Shown here piece after piece: positions 38,761 through 53,870 of a DNA stretch of 64,000 bases (position 1 is its first letter; every line of letters begins with the position of its first letter). Source of the stretch: Paraspadella gotoi (lineage: Eukaryota > Animalia > Chaetognatha); contig CM119264.1 of the NCBI GenBank assembly GCA_051294375.1, forward strand, positions 27,695,469 to 27,759,468, read 5' to 3'. The notes beneath the pieces were generated by a model that saw nothing but the letters and a program-made list of their open reading frames with translations, was not told the origin of the DNA and made no database searches. A program made the translations under genes and the position numbers.

Positions 38761-41508
38761 TAAATACTGATTCAATTTAATACAATTCTCTCTCTCTCTC
38801 CGACTCATTCTCTCCGTCGCCTCCTTATTTAACCTTTTGATCCTTGGCGCGATGCAAAACACATTCAATGATGATGACAATTCGCAAAAACTGTTATTCA
38901 ATTCCTCAATTAGTTTTTTAACAGTCAAGCAGTAGAACAAAACAGGAAAGGTAAGTTAAAGGTAAGGGCATAATTAAGTTGGATACAACTTTTCTTACCT
39001 ATATTATATATTATTAAGTATAATATTATTAGTTACTTTTTTCCTATTATTTAGAGCGAAAATTTTGTTATTTGTTTGTTTTTAAACAAAAACAATCTTT
39101 TTTTTTCTCTCTAAATTTTTAACACAACGAATAGAAAATCTCTATAGTCTATACACTATCCAATTATTTTTAAAGATTTAACAAAACTATGAATTCGCGT
39201 TTGATCTAGTCGGCGCCATATAATAAAAGATAGAAAATAACAAATTAAACTCTTAAAAGCGAGAAAATCCCAAAGGACCAATCAAAGAACGTCTTTTCTA
39301 TTAGCGAACCCCAGACGACCAATCAAAGAACGCCAATAGTAAACAAAAGAGCAACGCGACAGATCGGAGACGTCGGGGGTCGAGACGCAGTCTGGAGTGA
39401 CACGCCAATAGAAACTTGGCATTTAATGCTTAGGGTGGAGAATGCAAGCTATTGCAAGCCGATTGGTTACTCCTCGGTGCCAAGGAAAATTGTGTGGATA
39501 AAAACTATTTATTATAGTATTATGAGATACTTGGTCCCAGATCAAAGAAACGGATGGTCCCTTTGGTGTGCCCCTTGAAAATAACCAATAACCAATAACA
39601 TAATTGTTGGCCTAACGATGTAGTTAAATCACCAGCCACTCGGCGGACAAATATGCATAACATAGACGCAACTAAGGGTTGCCAACTTTTGATATGAGAA
39701 AAAAGTCTCAGCCTTCAACAACAACAAAAATGGACAGAATGAAACACAAATTTTTAAACTTTTTTTCGTTTTCATCTCATTTTTTTTTCATCGAATGATT
39801 TAGGGTCAGAATGTTGGGAGAGAAGAGGACATGAGTTTGAAGGCGGGACGAGACTGTGGCCTTGAAGGGCGGATGGGGAAAAAGGGGGGAAGGGAGAGAG
39901 GGAAGAACGGATGAAAGGGACAAAGGGATCACGGAAGGAGATTTAGGAAAAGGGACAAATGGATAAAGGGATTATGGAAAGGGAGAATGGAAAAAGAAAA
40001 AAAAAAGGTAGAAATGGATTTTGGAAAGAGTGAAAAGGGACAAAGAAATTAAAGTAGGGGAGAGAGAAAAAGAGACATAAGGCTTATGCCAGGGAGCCGG
40101 GAGGCGAAAGCCCTTCTCCCCAGAGGACGAAATATATTTCTACAACAACAACAACTACGAGATGTCGATGATCGATTTGCATAAGTTTTTTGAATCCCTT
40201 CTCGTTCCTCCCTCGCTGTTTTAGGGGGGGGGGGAGGTCAGAGAGGGAGGGGGTGGGGGGGATGAGAGTGGAAATAGGGGAAAAGGGATGAGGTTGGAGG
40301 TGAATCTCAGATGGTGAGCGGAAGGGAGGGTTTTTGATGTTCGAATGTATTAAATGGTGTTTTAGTATTGTATTTAAATAGATGATGGTCGATACTGTGT
40401 CGCGTTTGAAGTACGACAGACCAAAAAAGTTTGAGCGTGGAAGGAATGGGAGGCGACAGTCTTTTTTAGAGAGTGGAAGGAATGGGAGGCGACAGTCATG
40501 TTTTTGAGAGTGGAAGGAATGGGAGGCGACAGTCTTTTTGAGAGTGGAAGGAATGGGAGGCGACAGTCTTTTGAGAGTGGATAGGAATGGGAGGCGACAG
40601 TCTTTTGAGAGTGGAAAGATGTAGGAAAGGGTACCAGGGGCATAGAATAGGGTCGAAGAAGACGCGGACCGAAAAAGGCAGAGGCCATTTGATCTTTTTT
40701 GGCATTTTGTATGGAAGAGACCAGACGGAGACACTTTTGAGAAAGAGAGATGGAAAGAGATGGAAAGATTGAAAGAAAGACTCGAGACGAAGACACTTTA
40801 TAGAAAGAAAGATGGAAAGATTGAAAGAAAGATTCAAGGCGAAGTCATTTTTGAGAAAGAGAGATGGAAAGAAATGGAAAGATTGACAGAAAGACTAGAC
40901 TGATACTTTTTTGAAAAAGAGAGATGGAAAGTGATTGAAAGAAAGACGCGACGGAAAAACTCTTGAGAAAGATAGCGACCTATTGGAAGATTGAAAGAAA
41001 GACCAGACGCTTATACTTTCGAGAAGAGAAAGAAAACAAAGGGAAGACACAAAGACGAGACGCTTTTGAGAAAGATGAAATTGATGAAAATTTGAAAGAA
41101 AGACGAGATGAAAACGCATTGGAGAAATTGGGATACAAAAAGACTTAGAATTCAACGAGGACACAAAATCTGAAGCGAAAAATATCTTTCTTAGAGAAGT
41201 TGCTATAAATAAATACAAGATGGACAATTTTTTTTGTGCTTCTCATTTTACTTTTGTTTTGAATGTAGTAGGTTATATATACATATAACTCTAACTTCAT
41301 GGCGAATCCTTTTTTTTCACATTTTTTAATGCTTATATCTGAAGTAGTCAAATATATGTAAATGCAACGAACGTCTCTCTTAACTTAATTAATTATTAAT
41401 CAACCGAGAAAATTAATATTCGATATTACTGTCAATATTTTTATTTGAGTAAAAGCTTTTTGAGGTTAATGTCTCAAGAGGGGATACTCTCATTAATTTA
41501 TCTATTTA

Positions 41509-41602
<94 letters not shown>

Positions 41603-41686
41603 ACTATCTATCTATCTGTCCATCTTTTCAACGTCGATTTCCTTCGATTCGTTTCCACGTTTTCCGATATATTCGACGACGATGAA

Positions 41687-41742
<56 letters not shown>

Positions 41743-42657
41743 TGGTCGCAGTTTTCGGGATTCGATATCTTTGGCTTCCATTTCAATTCCTAGGGAAATT
41801 TATTAGACGACTGAGAAGACGATCGACGTTCGAGAAGGTCGGACGGAGGAAAGGAAAGGGAGGAAAGGAGAGGAAAAGGAGGAAAGGAGAGGAAAGGAGA
41901 AGAAAAGGAGAAAAGGAGAGGAAAGAAGAAGGAAAGGAGAGAAAAGGAGAGGAAAAGGAGAGGAACAGAGAGGAAAGGAGAGAAAAGGAGATGAAAAGGA
42001 GGAAAGAAGAGGACAGAGAGGAAAGGAGAAGAAAGGATATGTAAGGGAGTAAAGGAGGAGAAAAGGAAAGGAAAGAAGGAAAGGAGAGAAAAGGAGATGA
42101 AAAGGAGAGGAACAGAGAGGAAAGGAGAAAAAAGTAGATGGGAGGGAGGGAGGGAGGAAAGGAGGAGAAAAGTAAAGGAAAGAAGGAGGAAAGAAAGGGA
42201 AATAAGAAAAAAGAGAGGAAAGAAGGAGGAAAGGAGAAGGAAGGGAAGGTAAGTAGAGGAAAAGAGAAGGAAGGGGAGGAAAAGGTAAGTTAGCAGAGGA
42301 AAGGGGTAAGTAACAAATAAAGAATGAAAGAAAAGTTGAAAATACATAGGAGGGGAAATGAGGAAAACTTTTTATTCACTGAGAAAAGTGACATAAATTT
42401 ACACTACCGACATAAACGACATAAGCGACATTTACCTAAAAATTAACCTGACGAGTATACTATACATACTTAAGAAACAAAATAAGACAAACGAAAAAAG
42501 AAGAGAAAAAAAAGGAAATGAAAGAACCAACGTTTGCCAATCAAAGTCAATGAGAGAAATAAAAAAGGTATTACCTTTAATAAAACCGTCGATATATCGT
42601 GGTTAGGAGGAAATACATGGAGAGANNNNNNNNNNNNNNNNNNNNNNNNNAGGGAGG

Positions 42658-42756
<99 letters not shown>

Positions 42757-43284
42757 AAGAAGAGAAAAGAGAGAGAAAGTAAGTCAGTCAAGACGGACAG
42801 TCTCAACTTGCATGCAAACGAAAGTGGGAGAGGAAGGGGGGCCGGGCGAAGGGGAGCAGGGGGAGAGACCTCGCGATGCTGGTTTTATTTTTCCACTTGT
42901 GCTCATTTATTAGCGCAACCAAATATTCTCTCGTTGCAGGCGAGTAGGAATGGGGTTGATGGACGGGTGGAGTGAGGCAGGGTAGGTAAGGTCTTGGCGC
43001 CAATCTCAAAAGTCTGACAGCAAATAAGAATGGCAAGAGACAAAATTCTCGCCTTGCCATTCTCGCATAAAAGCATGCCTTATTCTCCAAAATGATCTAA
43101 CGGCTTTTATTCGATTTAGAGATAAACATAATTTACAAAAATAGTATTGTTGAAAAAAAAACATATTTAAGTTTGTTCAACTAATCAGGTAGCATAATAA
43201 AAAATATGACGGGATAACAGTCGGAGCTTTAATCTCAATCAGTTACAGTGTTCGACGTCGTCGTCGACGTCGTCGTCGACCTGT

Positions 43285-43325
<41 letters not shown>

Positions 43326-44286
43326 TTCACAATCCTTCACGATGAGACCAGAGTGACGAGAATAGAAAAGACGAGAGGTCGGTGAATCGCGAAGTAAAAC
43401 CGGTGAATCGATAAACCTGGAGTCAATTGTGAGGAAAAAAAATTAAAATGGGAAAAGCAAGAATTAAATTCAAAACGACGATTAAAACAAATTTAAAAAA
43501 GAATAGATGTAAAAAAAAAACAAACAAACAAAAATTTAACGAGAATAAATCGAAGAGAAAAAAGTGAGATTCGTAAATATCAATATCAATCATTCAATCA
43601 ATCATTATATCCTTTAACCAATCAATATCAAATCATTATCTTTTGACAAGAAATTCCGTTCTGTCACAAAGATATCGGTTTCATTTCGTTCATTTTCATT
43701 TAAATTTCTTTATATACTTTATTTCATTAATTTCTCCGCATTTCTTCGTATGTTTTCATTCTTTACGATGCCCATCATGTTGAGAAGTTCTTGTTTAAAT
43801 ATTACACATTACAGCTAAACAAAAACATGAAAAGTAATACGATTTTAAGAGAAATAAAAAAATTAAAAAAGTCAAGTCAACTATTAAAAAAAATTGTAAA
43901 AAAAAAGAGAAAGAGAACAGAGTCGAGCGAAGGATAAAAAAGGGCAAAAAAGAAAAAAAAAGAAAAAAAAGGAGAGAAGAGAAAATAAAGGGAGAGAGAG
44001 AAAAAAAAGAGAGAGAAAGAAGTCAAGACGGCGGAAGAGAATGAAGAAGTAAGTGGACCGAGTAATTATTCCATCTCTGTCTCTCAGTCAGAATCTTAAC
44101 GCGTTTCTTTTTTTTTCGCTTTTTTCTTTTCTTTTTTTTCTTCCTCCTTTTCTCCTTTTTTATTTTTTTACGCCTTTCTTCCTTTTTTATTTGTTTTATT
44201 TTTTTTCTGAGTATTTGTTTTTGGGACTTTTTGATTGTTTCGCCAGGCGCTTTTGTCAGTTTTTCTTTGCCGAAGGAGGGTCTCTC

Positions 44287-44319
<33 letters not shown>

Positions 44320-44329
44320 TCTTCTCTCT

Positions 44330-44375
<46 letters not shown>

Positions 44376-44480
44376 CTCATCTGTAAAAGGCAACTGTCAG
44401 GGTCATATTTCATGCATCGAATCACATCACCTTGCGTTGCCTCCCCTCCCCTTCTCTCTCTCTCGCTCTCTCGCTCTCTC

Positions 44481-44539
<59 letters not shown>

Positions 44540-45522
44540 GTCTTTCTTTGTTTTTTTTTTCCTTCTCTTCTCTTTCACTTTCTATTCTCTCTCGCATCGC
44601 ACCTTTTTCCATTTTCCATTCTCGTCCCACATCCGAATGACATCCGGATCTCTTTGTCATAGGCATCTCTTTTAATCTCATCCGGGTCTGTTTGACGCGA
44701 CATCACTTCAAACTCATCGGTCTTTTTGTGGCAGGCAACAATTTTTGAATTACATTCGGATCTCTTGGTCGCAGTTTTTGAGCCACATTCGGTCTTTTTT
44801 TCTTGTTTCGGGCGTTACTTTCGAATCACATCCGGGTCTTTTCTTCACAGGCTTCACTTTCTTATCAATTTTTCTCCCATAATTTTTCTTTCTTTTTTTC
44901 TTATCTTTTTTCGCCCCGCAACTTTGCTCCGTTTCTCCTCCAATAATTTCCAGTTTTTTCTTCAAAAATTTTCTTTTTTGTTTTTGAATTTATTTCTTTT
45001 TTTTTATTTTTTGGTGTACAGAGTTGTCGTGTTGTATATGACAAAACGTTCTCGTTGTTGTTGTTGTTATTGTCGCTAAAAGAGTAAAAATTAGAATTTT
45101 ACATCAATATTCTGTTTATACTACAAAATGGGTTTTATTTATCAAAACAATGAGGATAGCATAATTACAGCATATATATATAAAATCTCTTTTATCTCTC
45201 TCTCTCTCTCCGCTTCCGTTTCACCACAATCACAAACTCACATACTCTACTTTTCAATTTTTCATTTTCCTACATTCATTCCAAACTCTCTCTCGCTATT
45301 TTTCTTCTCTAAGCTGGCTCTCACTCTCTCAAAAAATATCACTCTCAGGCTTTTCGCTCTCACGCTCGCCATTTTCCCATTTCACGTGGTCACAGTCACG
45401 CGCGGTTATCGAGTGAAAGAAAGTGAGATATTGGGTTTTTGTTTGTATCGTGAGCGAAATGAGAGGTGAATGTTTTCTTATCTTTTATTATCTCTTTCTT
45501 TCTTTCTTATTTTTCTTTCTTT

Positions 45523-45558
<36 letters not shown>

Positions 45559-47703
45559 TTTTCTTTCTTTCTTTCTTTCTTATCTTTCTTTTCTTTTCTT
45601 TCATTGTCTTTTTCTTTCCTTTTCTTTGTTCTTTCTTATTCTTTCAATATTTCTATTTTCATTTGTTATATTGCTCTTCGCCATTTTTCTCGTCACGGAC
45701 TTTTTACTTTTCTCTTCTTCTTTCCTTTTCCTTCTCTCCTCCTCTCTTCTAACCAGTGACTTCCCTCCCATCTTCGTTGGAGCAGAAAAAGGGAAAGGGG
45801 AACTTAGCCAGAAAAGTAGTGACAGCAGAAAGAACGAAAGAAGAAGAAAGAAAGAAAGAAAGAAGAAGAAAGAAAGAGAGGAAAGAAGGAGAAGAAAAAT
45901 GAAAGAAGAAAGAAGAAAGAAAGAAAGAAGAAAGAAAAAAGAAAAGAAAGAAAGAAGAAAGAAAAAGAAAGAAAAAAAGAAAGAAAAGACAACAAATTTA
46001 AAAATTAAAGAGAAAGAAGCTAATAAAGAGAGAAAGAAGAAAAAAGTGTTAAAAATACAAATACAAATATAAGAAAAAACACGTAAAAAAAACGAATGAA
46101 AGAGAGAATTAAAAACACAATAGTTCAGATTAGAAAAAGAAAAGAAGAAAAAAGGAGGAAACTAAAGAGATAAAGAGACGGAAATGAAGGAAGCGAAAAA
46201 GAGAGAGATTGAAATTTGTCTTCGCTTCGGCAACGGAGCGCGTAAATCCGCCTTGTAAAACGCTCAATCAAAAAATAATAAAAATGTTTAAAAAAAAAAA
46301 TAAAAAAAAGGAAGAAAAGAAAATGAAAAGAAGGAGCTTCGCACTTTGCATGAAGTTGTCTCGTTTCGACATGTTCTGGCATGGGTTTTTTTTTAGGTTT
46401 TGTAAACGACTAAAATAAGAAATAGTCGTGATATTTATTAGACAAAAATTCGTTTTAGATGATGAAGACTCTAACTTTGTAGAGTCGAAACATGTCCGAC
46501 TTACTTGTCAAAAATTCGTTGCCACAACTAAAAACTGTTTTTCTAAACAAAATTATCATAATACGGGGATGTTTTGTTAAACGTCCAAGATTCAACACTA
46601 CATAATATGTAAATGTAATATCTAATGTAAAAATTCAATTTCGGTCTCGCAGAAGGGCGTGACGGTTTCGCTTTCGCAAAACAAAAGACAAAATTGGATT
46701 TGATGATCGATGATGGTGGAGGCAGCTGCGGTACAGCGGGGAAGCGGAGAATGCTGCATGACGAGAGCAGCGTTTGGCAGTGATTTTTACGACGGTCAAC
46801 TCCTATGACCTGCTTTGTTTTGCCCACCAAAATTTCCCCACATACCTAATTAATTAAAAAAATAAAGATAATAAATTGATGTATTCAAAGAATTTTAACT
46901 TTGTCCCCGACTCTCACTAGTATTTCGCCCCATTGGAGTTTACATCCTTGAAATATGATTCTCTATCCTCTCCTCCTCTCTCTCTTCTCTCTTCTCCTCT
47001 CTCTCCTCTCTCCTTTTTCTCTCTGCTCTCTCTCTCTCTCTCTCGCCAGAGCATGTACTTTTGCATGGTTTCTCATATTCTTATTCAACCTCTCGTTATC
47101 CACGCATCGTTCTGCTTCGAGCGAAGCAAATATCTCTCTTGCATTAGAATTTCGGCGAATTCATGCACATTACATCTTGTCATCTGCCTCTTCCGTCTCA
47201 GAGATATCTATATCGGCTAAGCAATTAATCTAATGAACTCATAATACTATTCATCTAATACAATTCGGGGGCGGGCGAAGGGGAGCAGGGGGAGAGACCT
47301 CGGCGATGCTGTTTTATTTTTCCACTTGTGCTCATTTATTAGCGCAACCAAATATTCTCTCGTTGCAGGCGAGTAGGAATGGGGTTGATGGACGGGTGGA
47401 GGTGAGGCAGGGTGAGGTAAGGTCTTGGCGCCAATCTCAAAAGTCTGACAGCAAATAAGAATGGCAAGAGACAAAATTCTCGCCTTGCCATTTCGATAAA
47501 AGCATGCCTTATTCTCCAAAATGATCTAACGGCTTTTATTCGATTTAGAGATAAATAATATTTAACAAAAATAAGTATTGTTGAAAAAAAAACATATTTA
47601 AGTTTGTTCAACTAATCAGGTAGCATTAATAAAAAATATGACGGGATAACAGTCGGAGCTTTAATCTCAATCAGTTTACAGTCGTCGTCGACGTCGTCGT
47701 CGA

Positions 47704-47740
<37 letters not shown>

Positions 47741-48708
47741 TTCACAATCCTTCACGATGAGACCAGAGTGACGAGAATAGAAAAGACGAGAGGTCGGTGA
47801 ATCGCGAAGTAAAACCGGTGAATCGATAAACCTGGAGTCAATTGTGAGGAAAAAAAATTAAAATGGGAAAAGCAGAATTAAATTCAAACCGACGATTAAA
47901 ACAAATTTAAAAAGAATAATGTAAAAAAAAAACAAACAAACAAAAAATTTAACGAGAATAAATCGAGAGAAAAAGTGAGATTCGTAAATATCAATATCAA
48001 TCATTCAATCAATCATTATATCCTTTAACCAATCAATAATCAAATCATTATCTTTGACAAGAAATTCCGTTCTGTCACAAAGATATCGGTTTCATTTCGT
48101 TCATTTTCATTTAAATTTCTTTTATATACTTTATTTCATTAATTTCTCCGCATTTCTTCGTATGTTTTCATTCTTTACGATGCCCATCATGTTTGAGAAG
48201 TTCTTGTTTAAATATTACACATTACAGCTAAAAAAAACATGAAAAGTAATACGATTTTAAGAGAAATAAAAAAATTAAAAAAGTCAAGTCAACTATTAAA
48301 AAAAATTGTAAAAAAAAAGAGAAAAGAGAACAAGAGTCGAGCGAAGGATAAAAAAAGGGCAAAAAAAGAAAAAAAAAGAAAAAAAAGGAGAGAGAGAAAA
48401 TAAAAGGGAGAGAGAGAAAAAAAAGAGAGAGAAAGAAGTCAAGACGGCGGAAGAGAATGAAGAAGTAAGTGGACCGAGTAATTATTCCATCTCTGTCTCT
48501 CAGTCAGAATCTTAACGCGTTTCTTTTTTTTTCGCTTTTTTCTTTTCTTTTTTTTCTTCCTCCTTTTCTCCTTTTTTTATTTTTTTACGCCTTTCTTCCT
48601 TTTTTTATTTGTTTTATTTTTTTTTCTGAGTATTTGTTTTTGGGACTTTTTGATTGTTTCGCCGGCGCTTTTGTCAGTTTTTCTTTGCCGAAGGAGGGTC
48701 TCTCCCTT

Positions 48709-48803
<95 letters not shown>

Positions 48804-48908
48804 CTCATCTGTAAAAGGCAACTGTCAGGGTCATATTTCATGCATCGAATCACATCACCTTGCGTTGCCTCCCCTCCCCTTCTCTCTCTCTCGCTCTCTC
48901 GCTCTCTC

Positions 48909-48971
<63 letters not shown>

Positions 48972-49059
48972 GTCTTTCTTTGTTTTTTTTCTTTCCTTCT
49001 CTTCTCTTTCACCTTTCTATTCTCTCTCGCATCGCACCTTTTTCCATTTTCCATTCCTC

Positions 49060-49310
49060 GTCCCACATCCGAATGACATCCGGATCTCTTTGTCATAGGC
49101 ATCTCTTTTAAATCTCATCCGGGTCTGTTTGACGCGGACATCACTTTCAAAACTCATCCGGGTCTTTTTGTGGCAGGCAACAATTTTGAATTACATTCGG
49201 ATCTCTTGGTCGCAGTTTTTGAGCCACATTCGGTTCTTTTTTTTCTTTGTTTCGGGCGTTACTTTCGAATCACATCCGGGTCTTTTCTTCACAGGCTTCA
49301 CTTTCTTATC
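49060..49310 (-). repeat. 39-nt (13-aa) degenerate coding-like repeat with TGA at Cys-equivalent positions
   Basis: KRPGCDSKVTPET / ..ECGSKTAT / KRSECNSKLLPAT / KRPG*VLKVMSAS / NRPG*DLKEMPMT / KRSGCHSDV. Also present at ~36180-36410 and ~44630-44860. Confidence 0.75.
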
Positions 49311-49952
49311 AATTTTTCTCCCATAATTTTTCTTTCTTTTTTTTCTTATCTTTTTTCCGCCCCGCAACTTTGCTCCGTTTCTCCTCCAATAATTTCCAGT
49401 TTTTTCTTCAAAAATTTTCTTTTTTGTTTTTGAATTTATTTCTTTTTTTTATTTTTTGGTGTACAGAGTTGTCGTGTTGTATATGACAAACGTTCTCGTT
49501 GTTGTTGTTGTTATTGTCGCTAAAAGAGTAAAAATTAGAATTTTACATCAATATTCTGTTATACTACAAAAATGGGTTTTATTTATCAAAACAATGAGGA
49601 TAGCATAATTACAGCATATATATATAAATCTCTTTTTATCTCTCTCTCTCTCTCCGCTTCCGTTTCACACAATCACAAACTCACATACTCTACTTTTCAA
49701 TTTTCATTTTCCTACATTCATTCCACTCTCTCTCGCTATTTTTCTTCTCTTAAGCTGGCTCTCACTCTCTCAAAAATATCACTCTCAGGCTTTTCGCTCT
49801 CACGCTCGCCATTTTCCCATTTCACGTGGTCACAGTCACGCGCGGTTATCGAGTGAAAGAAAGTGAGATATTGGGTTTTTGTTTGTATCGTGAGCGAAAT
49901 GAGAGGTGAATGTTTTCTTATCTTTTATTATCTCTTTCTTTCTTTCTTATTT

Positions 49953-50036
<84 letters not shown>

Positions 50037-50263
50037 TCATTCTTTCTTTCTTTCTTTGTTCTTTCTTATTCTTTCAATATTTCTATTTTCATTTGTTATA
50101 TTGCTCTTCGCCATTTTTCTCGTTCACACTTTTACTTTTCTTCTTCTTCTTCCTTTTCCTTCTCTTCCTCCTCCTTTCTAACCAGTGACTTCCTCCCATC
50201 TTCGTTGGAGCAGAAAAAGGGAAAGGAACTTAGCAGAAAAGTAGTGACAGCAGAAAAGAACGA

Positions 50264-50303
<40 letters not shown>

Positions 50304-50326
50304 GAGAAAGAAGGAGAGAAAAAATA

Positions 50327-50414
<88 letters not shown>

Positions 50415-51383
50415 CAAAAATTTAAAAAATTAAAAGAAAGAAGCTAATAAAGAGAGAAAGAAGAAAAAAGTGTTAAAAATACAAATACAATATAAGAAAA
50501 AAACACGTAAAAAAAAACGAATGAAAGAGAGAATTAAAAACACAATAGTTCAGATTAGAAAAAGAAAAAGAAGAAAAAAGGAGGAAACTAAAGAGATAAA
50601 GAGACGGAAATGAAGGAACGAAAAAGAGAGAGATTGAAATTTGTCTTCGCTTCGGCAACGGAGCGCGTAAATCCGCCTTGTAAAACGCTCAATCAAAAAA
50701 TAATAAAAAAATGTTAAAAAAAAAAATAAAGAAAAAGGAGAAAAAAAGAAAAGAGGAGTTTCGCACTTTCGCATTGAAAAGTTGTCTTCGTTTTGTCGAA
50801 TGTTTTGGCGGTTTTTTTTTAGGTTTTGTAAACGACTAAAATAAGAAATAGTCGTGATATTTATTAACAAAAATTCGTTTTAAGATGATGAAGACTCTAA
50901 CTTTGTAAGAGTCGAAACATGTCCGACTTACTTGTCAAAAAATTCGTTGCCACAACTAAAAACTGTTTTTCCTAAACAAAATATCATAATACGGGGTGTT
51001 TGTTAAACGTTCCAAGGATTCAACACTACATAATATGTAATGTAATATCTAATGTAAATTCAATTTCGGATCTCGGCAGAGGGCGTGACGGTTTCGTTTC
51101 GCAAAACAAAAGACAATTGGATTTGATGGTCGATGATGGTGGAGGCAGCTGCGGTACAGCGGCGGAAGCGGAGAATGCTGCATGACGAGAGCAGCGTTGG
51201 CAGTGATTTTTACGACGGTCAACTCCCTATGACCTGCTTTGTTTTGCCCACAAAATTCCCCACATACCTAAATTAATTAAAAAAATAAAGATAATAAATT
51301 GATGTAATTCAAAGAATTTTAACTTTGTCCCCGACTCTCACTAGTATTTCCCCATTGGAGTTTACATCCCTTGAAAATATGAT

Positions 51384-51483
<100 letters not shown>

Positions 51484-52486
51484 CAGAGGCATGTACCTTT
51501 TGCATGGTTTCTCATATCTTATTCAACCTCTCGTTCCACGCATCGTCTGCTCGAGCGAAGCAAATATCTCTCTCTGTCATTAGATCTCGCGATCATCACA
51601 TTACATCTGTCATCTGCTCTTCCGTCCAGAGATATTCTATCGGTAGCTTTATCTTGAAACTCGATAATACTATCAATAATACAATCAAAACTTTGTTTAT
51701 ATCCGAAATGTTTCAGTTGCATTCGCAATCAATTGGTATAAAAACTTTGTGTAATATCTGAATATCGAATATCGAATCAATGCGCGGGGGAGAACCGAGG
51801 TTAAATTTCTTTCTTTCTTTATATTTTTTTCCCTCATTTTTCGTCAGCAATCAGAAAATCATCATTTCATTCCATTGGCGTCCTTCTGCAGTTGCATTTG
51901 CCTCCATTTTTGTCAATTTGCGTTTTTACCTTGGTGAACTTTTCCTTCTCACATGTGATTTTCATTTAATTTTTTTTTTTATCTCTTTCTTTCTAAACTT
52001 TTATTTATATTTCATTTTCTGTTTTCTCTATACTTCATTTTTTGCTCCTTATTTCATTTTCTTCTTCGTATCACAAGACTTTCACAATATATCATTTTTT
52101 CCTTTCTTTTCATTTTTCATTTTTCATTCGCCTCCCACTCTCTCCCTCTTTTTCCCTATTGTTATCAACCCTCAACTTTTTCTCTCTCTTTTATTTCATT
52201 TCTTTTTTTCTCGCTCTAACGATTTCCGCAGACGCTTAGCGAATTTTATTTGTTTCCAGTGTTCGTCTTTTCTCTTTCAAGTTCACAATTTTTACCAAGT
52301 TGCAAAACATAAACAAAACAAAAAATTGTGTAAGTCGCTCGATTTTTTGCGAAAGAGAATATTAACATACAAATTAGTAAATTACTAAGTTCGGAAAACT
52401 AGGGAATAGAATCATGTGGCTATTGCTCAAAAACTTTTTTCTCTCCTCCCTCTCTCTCTCTCGTACTCTCTCTCTGTCTCTCTCTC

Positions 52487-52554
<68 letters not shown>

Positions 52555-53639
52555 CCGTCTTCTTCTCTCACCCTCAAGTCTCCACGGACAGATTCCGTCT
52601 ATTCGTTTTCCGCGTGTTATTTCCTCAGGTCACCGAATTGTTAGAAGGGATAGTAACAAGACAGACGACTTTACAACGGGAGGTTTTTCTTCTCCGAGCG
52701 CTCCCAATCGAGGATTCAGTCTTACGGCGCAACTAAAACAAAAGGGCGAGCACCAAGTTGATGGGGCGATGAAAACCGAGATTTGCTCGGTATAAGTGTT
52801 GAGAGAGACGCAGAGAGAGAGAGAGAGAGAGAGAGCAGCATGTCGATGAGGAGAGATGAGAGACGAGAGAGAGAAAGAGACTGAGAGAGCGAGCGAGAGA
52901 GAGAGAGAACATATGAGGAAAAGCAGGTTGAGCGGATCGGCGTGAGTTGTGGAGGTCAACACGAAGCGCAAAAGATATAAAGATTAAGAGAGAGCAGAGC
53001 AGGCAAGGACAGAGACCAGAAGACAAAAATACAGAAGAGAAAAAAAACAAAGAAACAAATTAAAAAAACGGTTTTAGATTTCGTGTACAAATTTTTAACT
53101 TCGAACTTTTAGACTCAATATTTTCAATATTTATGTTTATTTCTTTTGATTTCTATTCATCAATCTTGTAAGCTATTTTTTCTTTACTTTTCTCCTCTTT
53201 TCTCAGTCTAAATTTCTTTGTTCTTTCTCTTCCTTCTTTCTCTTTTCTTTCTTTCTTTCTTTCTTTCTCTTTTTTCTTTTTCTTCTTATTCTCTCTTCTT
53301 CTTTTCTCTCCTTCTTTGCTCCTTTTCTTTCTTTTTCGTTTTTTCTTTCTTCTTATTTATTCTCGGATTCGCTTTCCCCTCTCCTCCTTCCTCTTTCTCC
53401 CTTCCTCTCCTTCTCTCCTTTTTTTCTTTCTATCGACTCCCTTCGGCTATGTTCCATCCCTGCTCCTCCTTTTCCCCTCCCCTGCCTCCATATCCCTCCT
53501 CCTTCTTCCTCTCTTCCCCCACTCCTCCTCCTCCCATCTTCCTCTCCTCCCCTCCCCCTCCTCACTTCCCCCTCCTCCCATCTCCCCTCCTCCCCTCCTC
53601 CCCCTCCGACATCTTCTTCGAACGCCAGACAAACCAGCG

Positions 53640-53870
53640 CCATATTTTTTTTTGCTTTTATCGTTACATCCGACGGAGTTTCCTACTTTTTCTCGCCTTT
53701 TTGTAACCGACTCGAAACTCGCCAATTAATATATTTCCGGTTACGAGTTCCGACTCTGAGAGACGAATCTCTTCTCCTCCGTCGATTCCTGAGGAGAGAG
53801 ACTGCAAGCGGAGACTGTTTTTTGATTGATTACTTTTGATAGGCTCGCGACACCGACTAGCCTCTCCCGA
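53640..53870 (-). CDS. Possible coding exon, unknown product
   Basis: After a minus-strand pyrimidine tract it reads ERLVGVASLSK..GIDGGEEIRLSESELVTGNILIGEFRVGYKKARK. Confidence 0.3.

Noticed and set aside
52572-52732. Second in-frame TGA readthrough exon (LLTIR*PEEITRGK) on the minus strand
   Set aside because: Single noisy copy with no Cys-aligned homologue, and the + strand gives an equally plausible exon (VTELLEGIVTRQ..).
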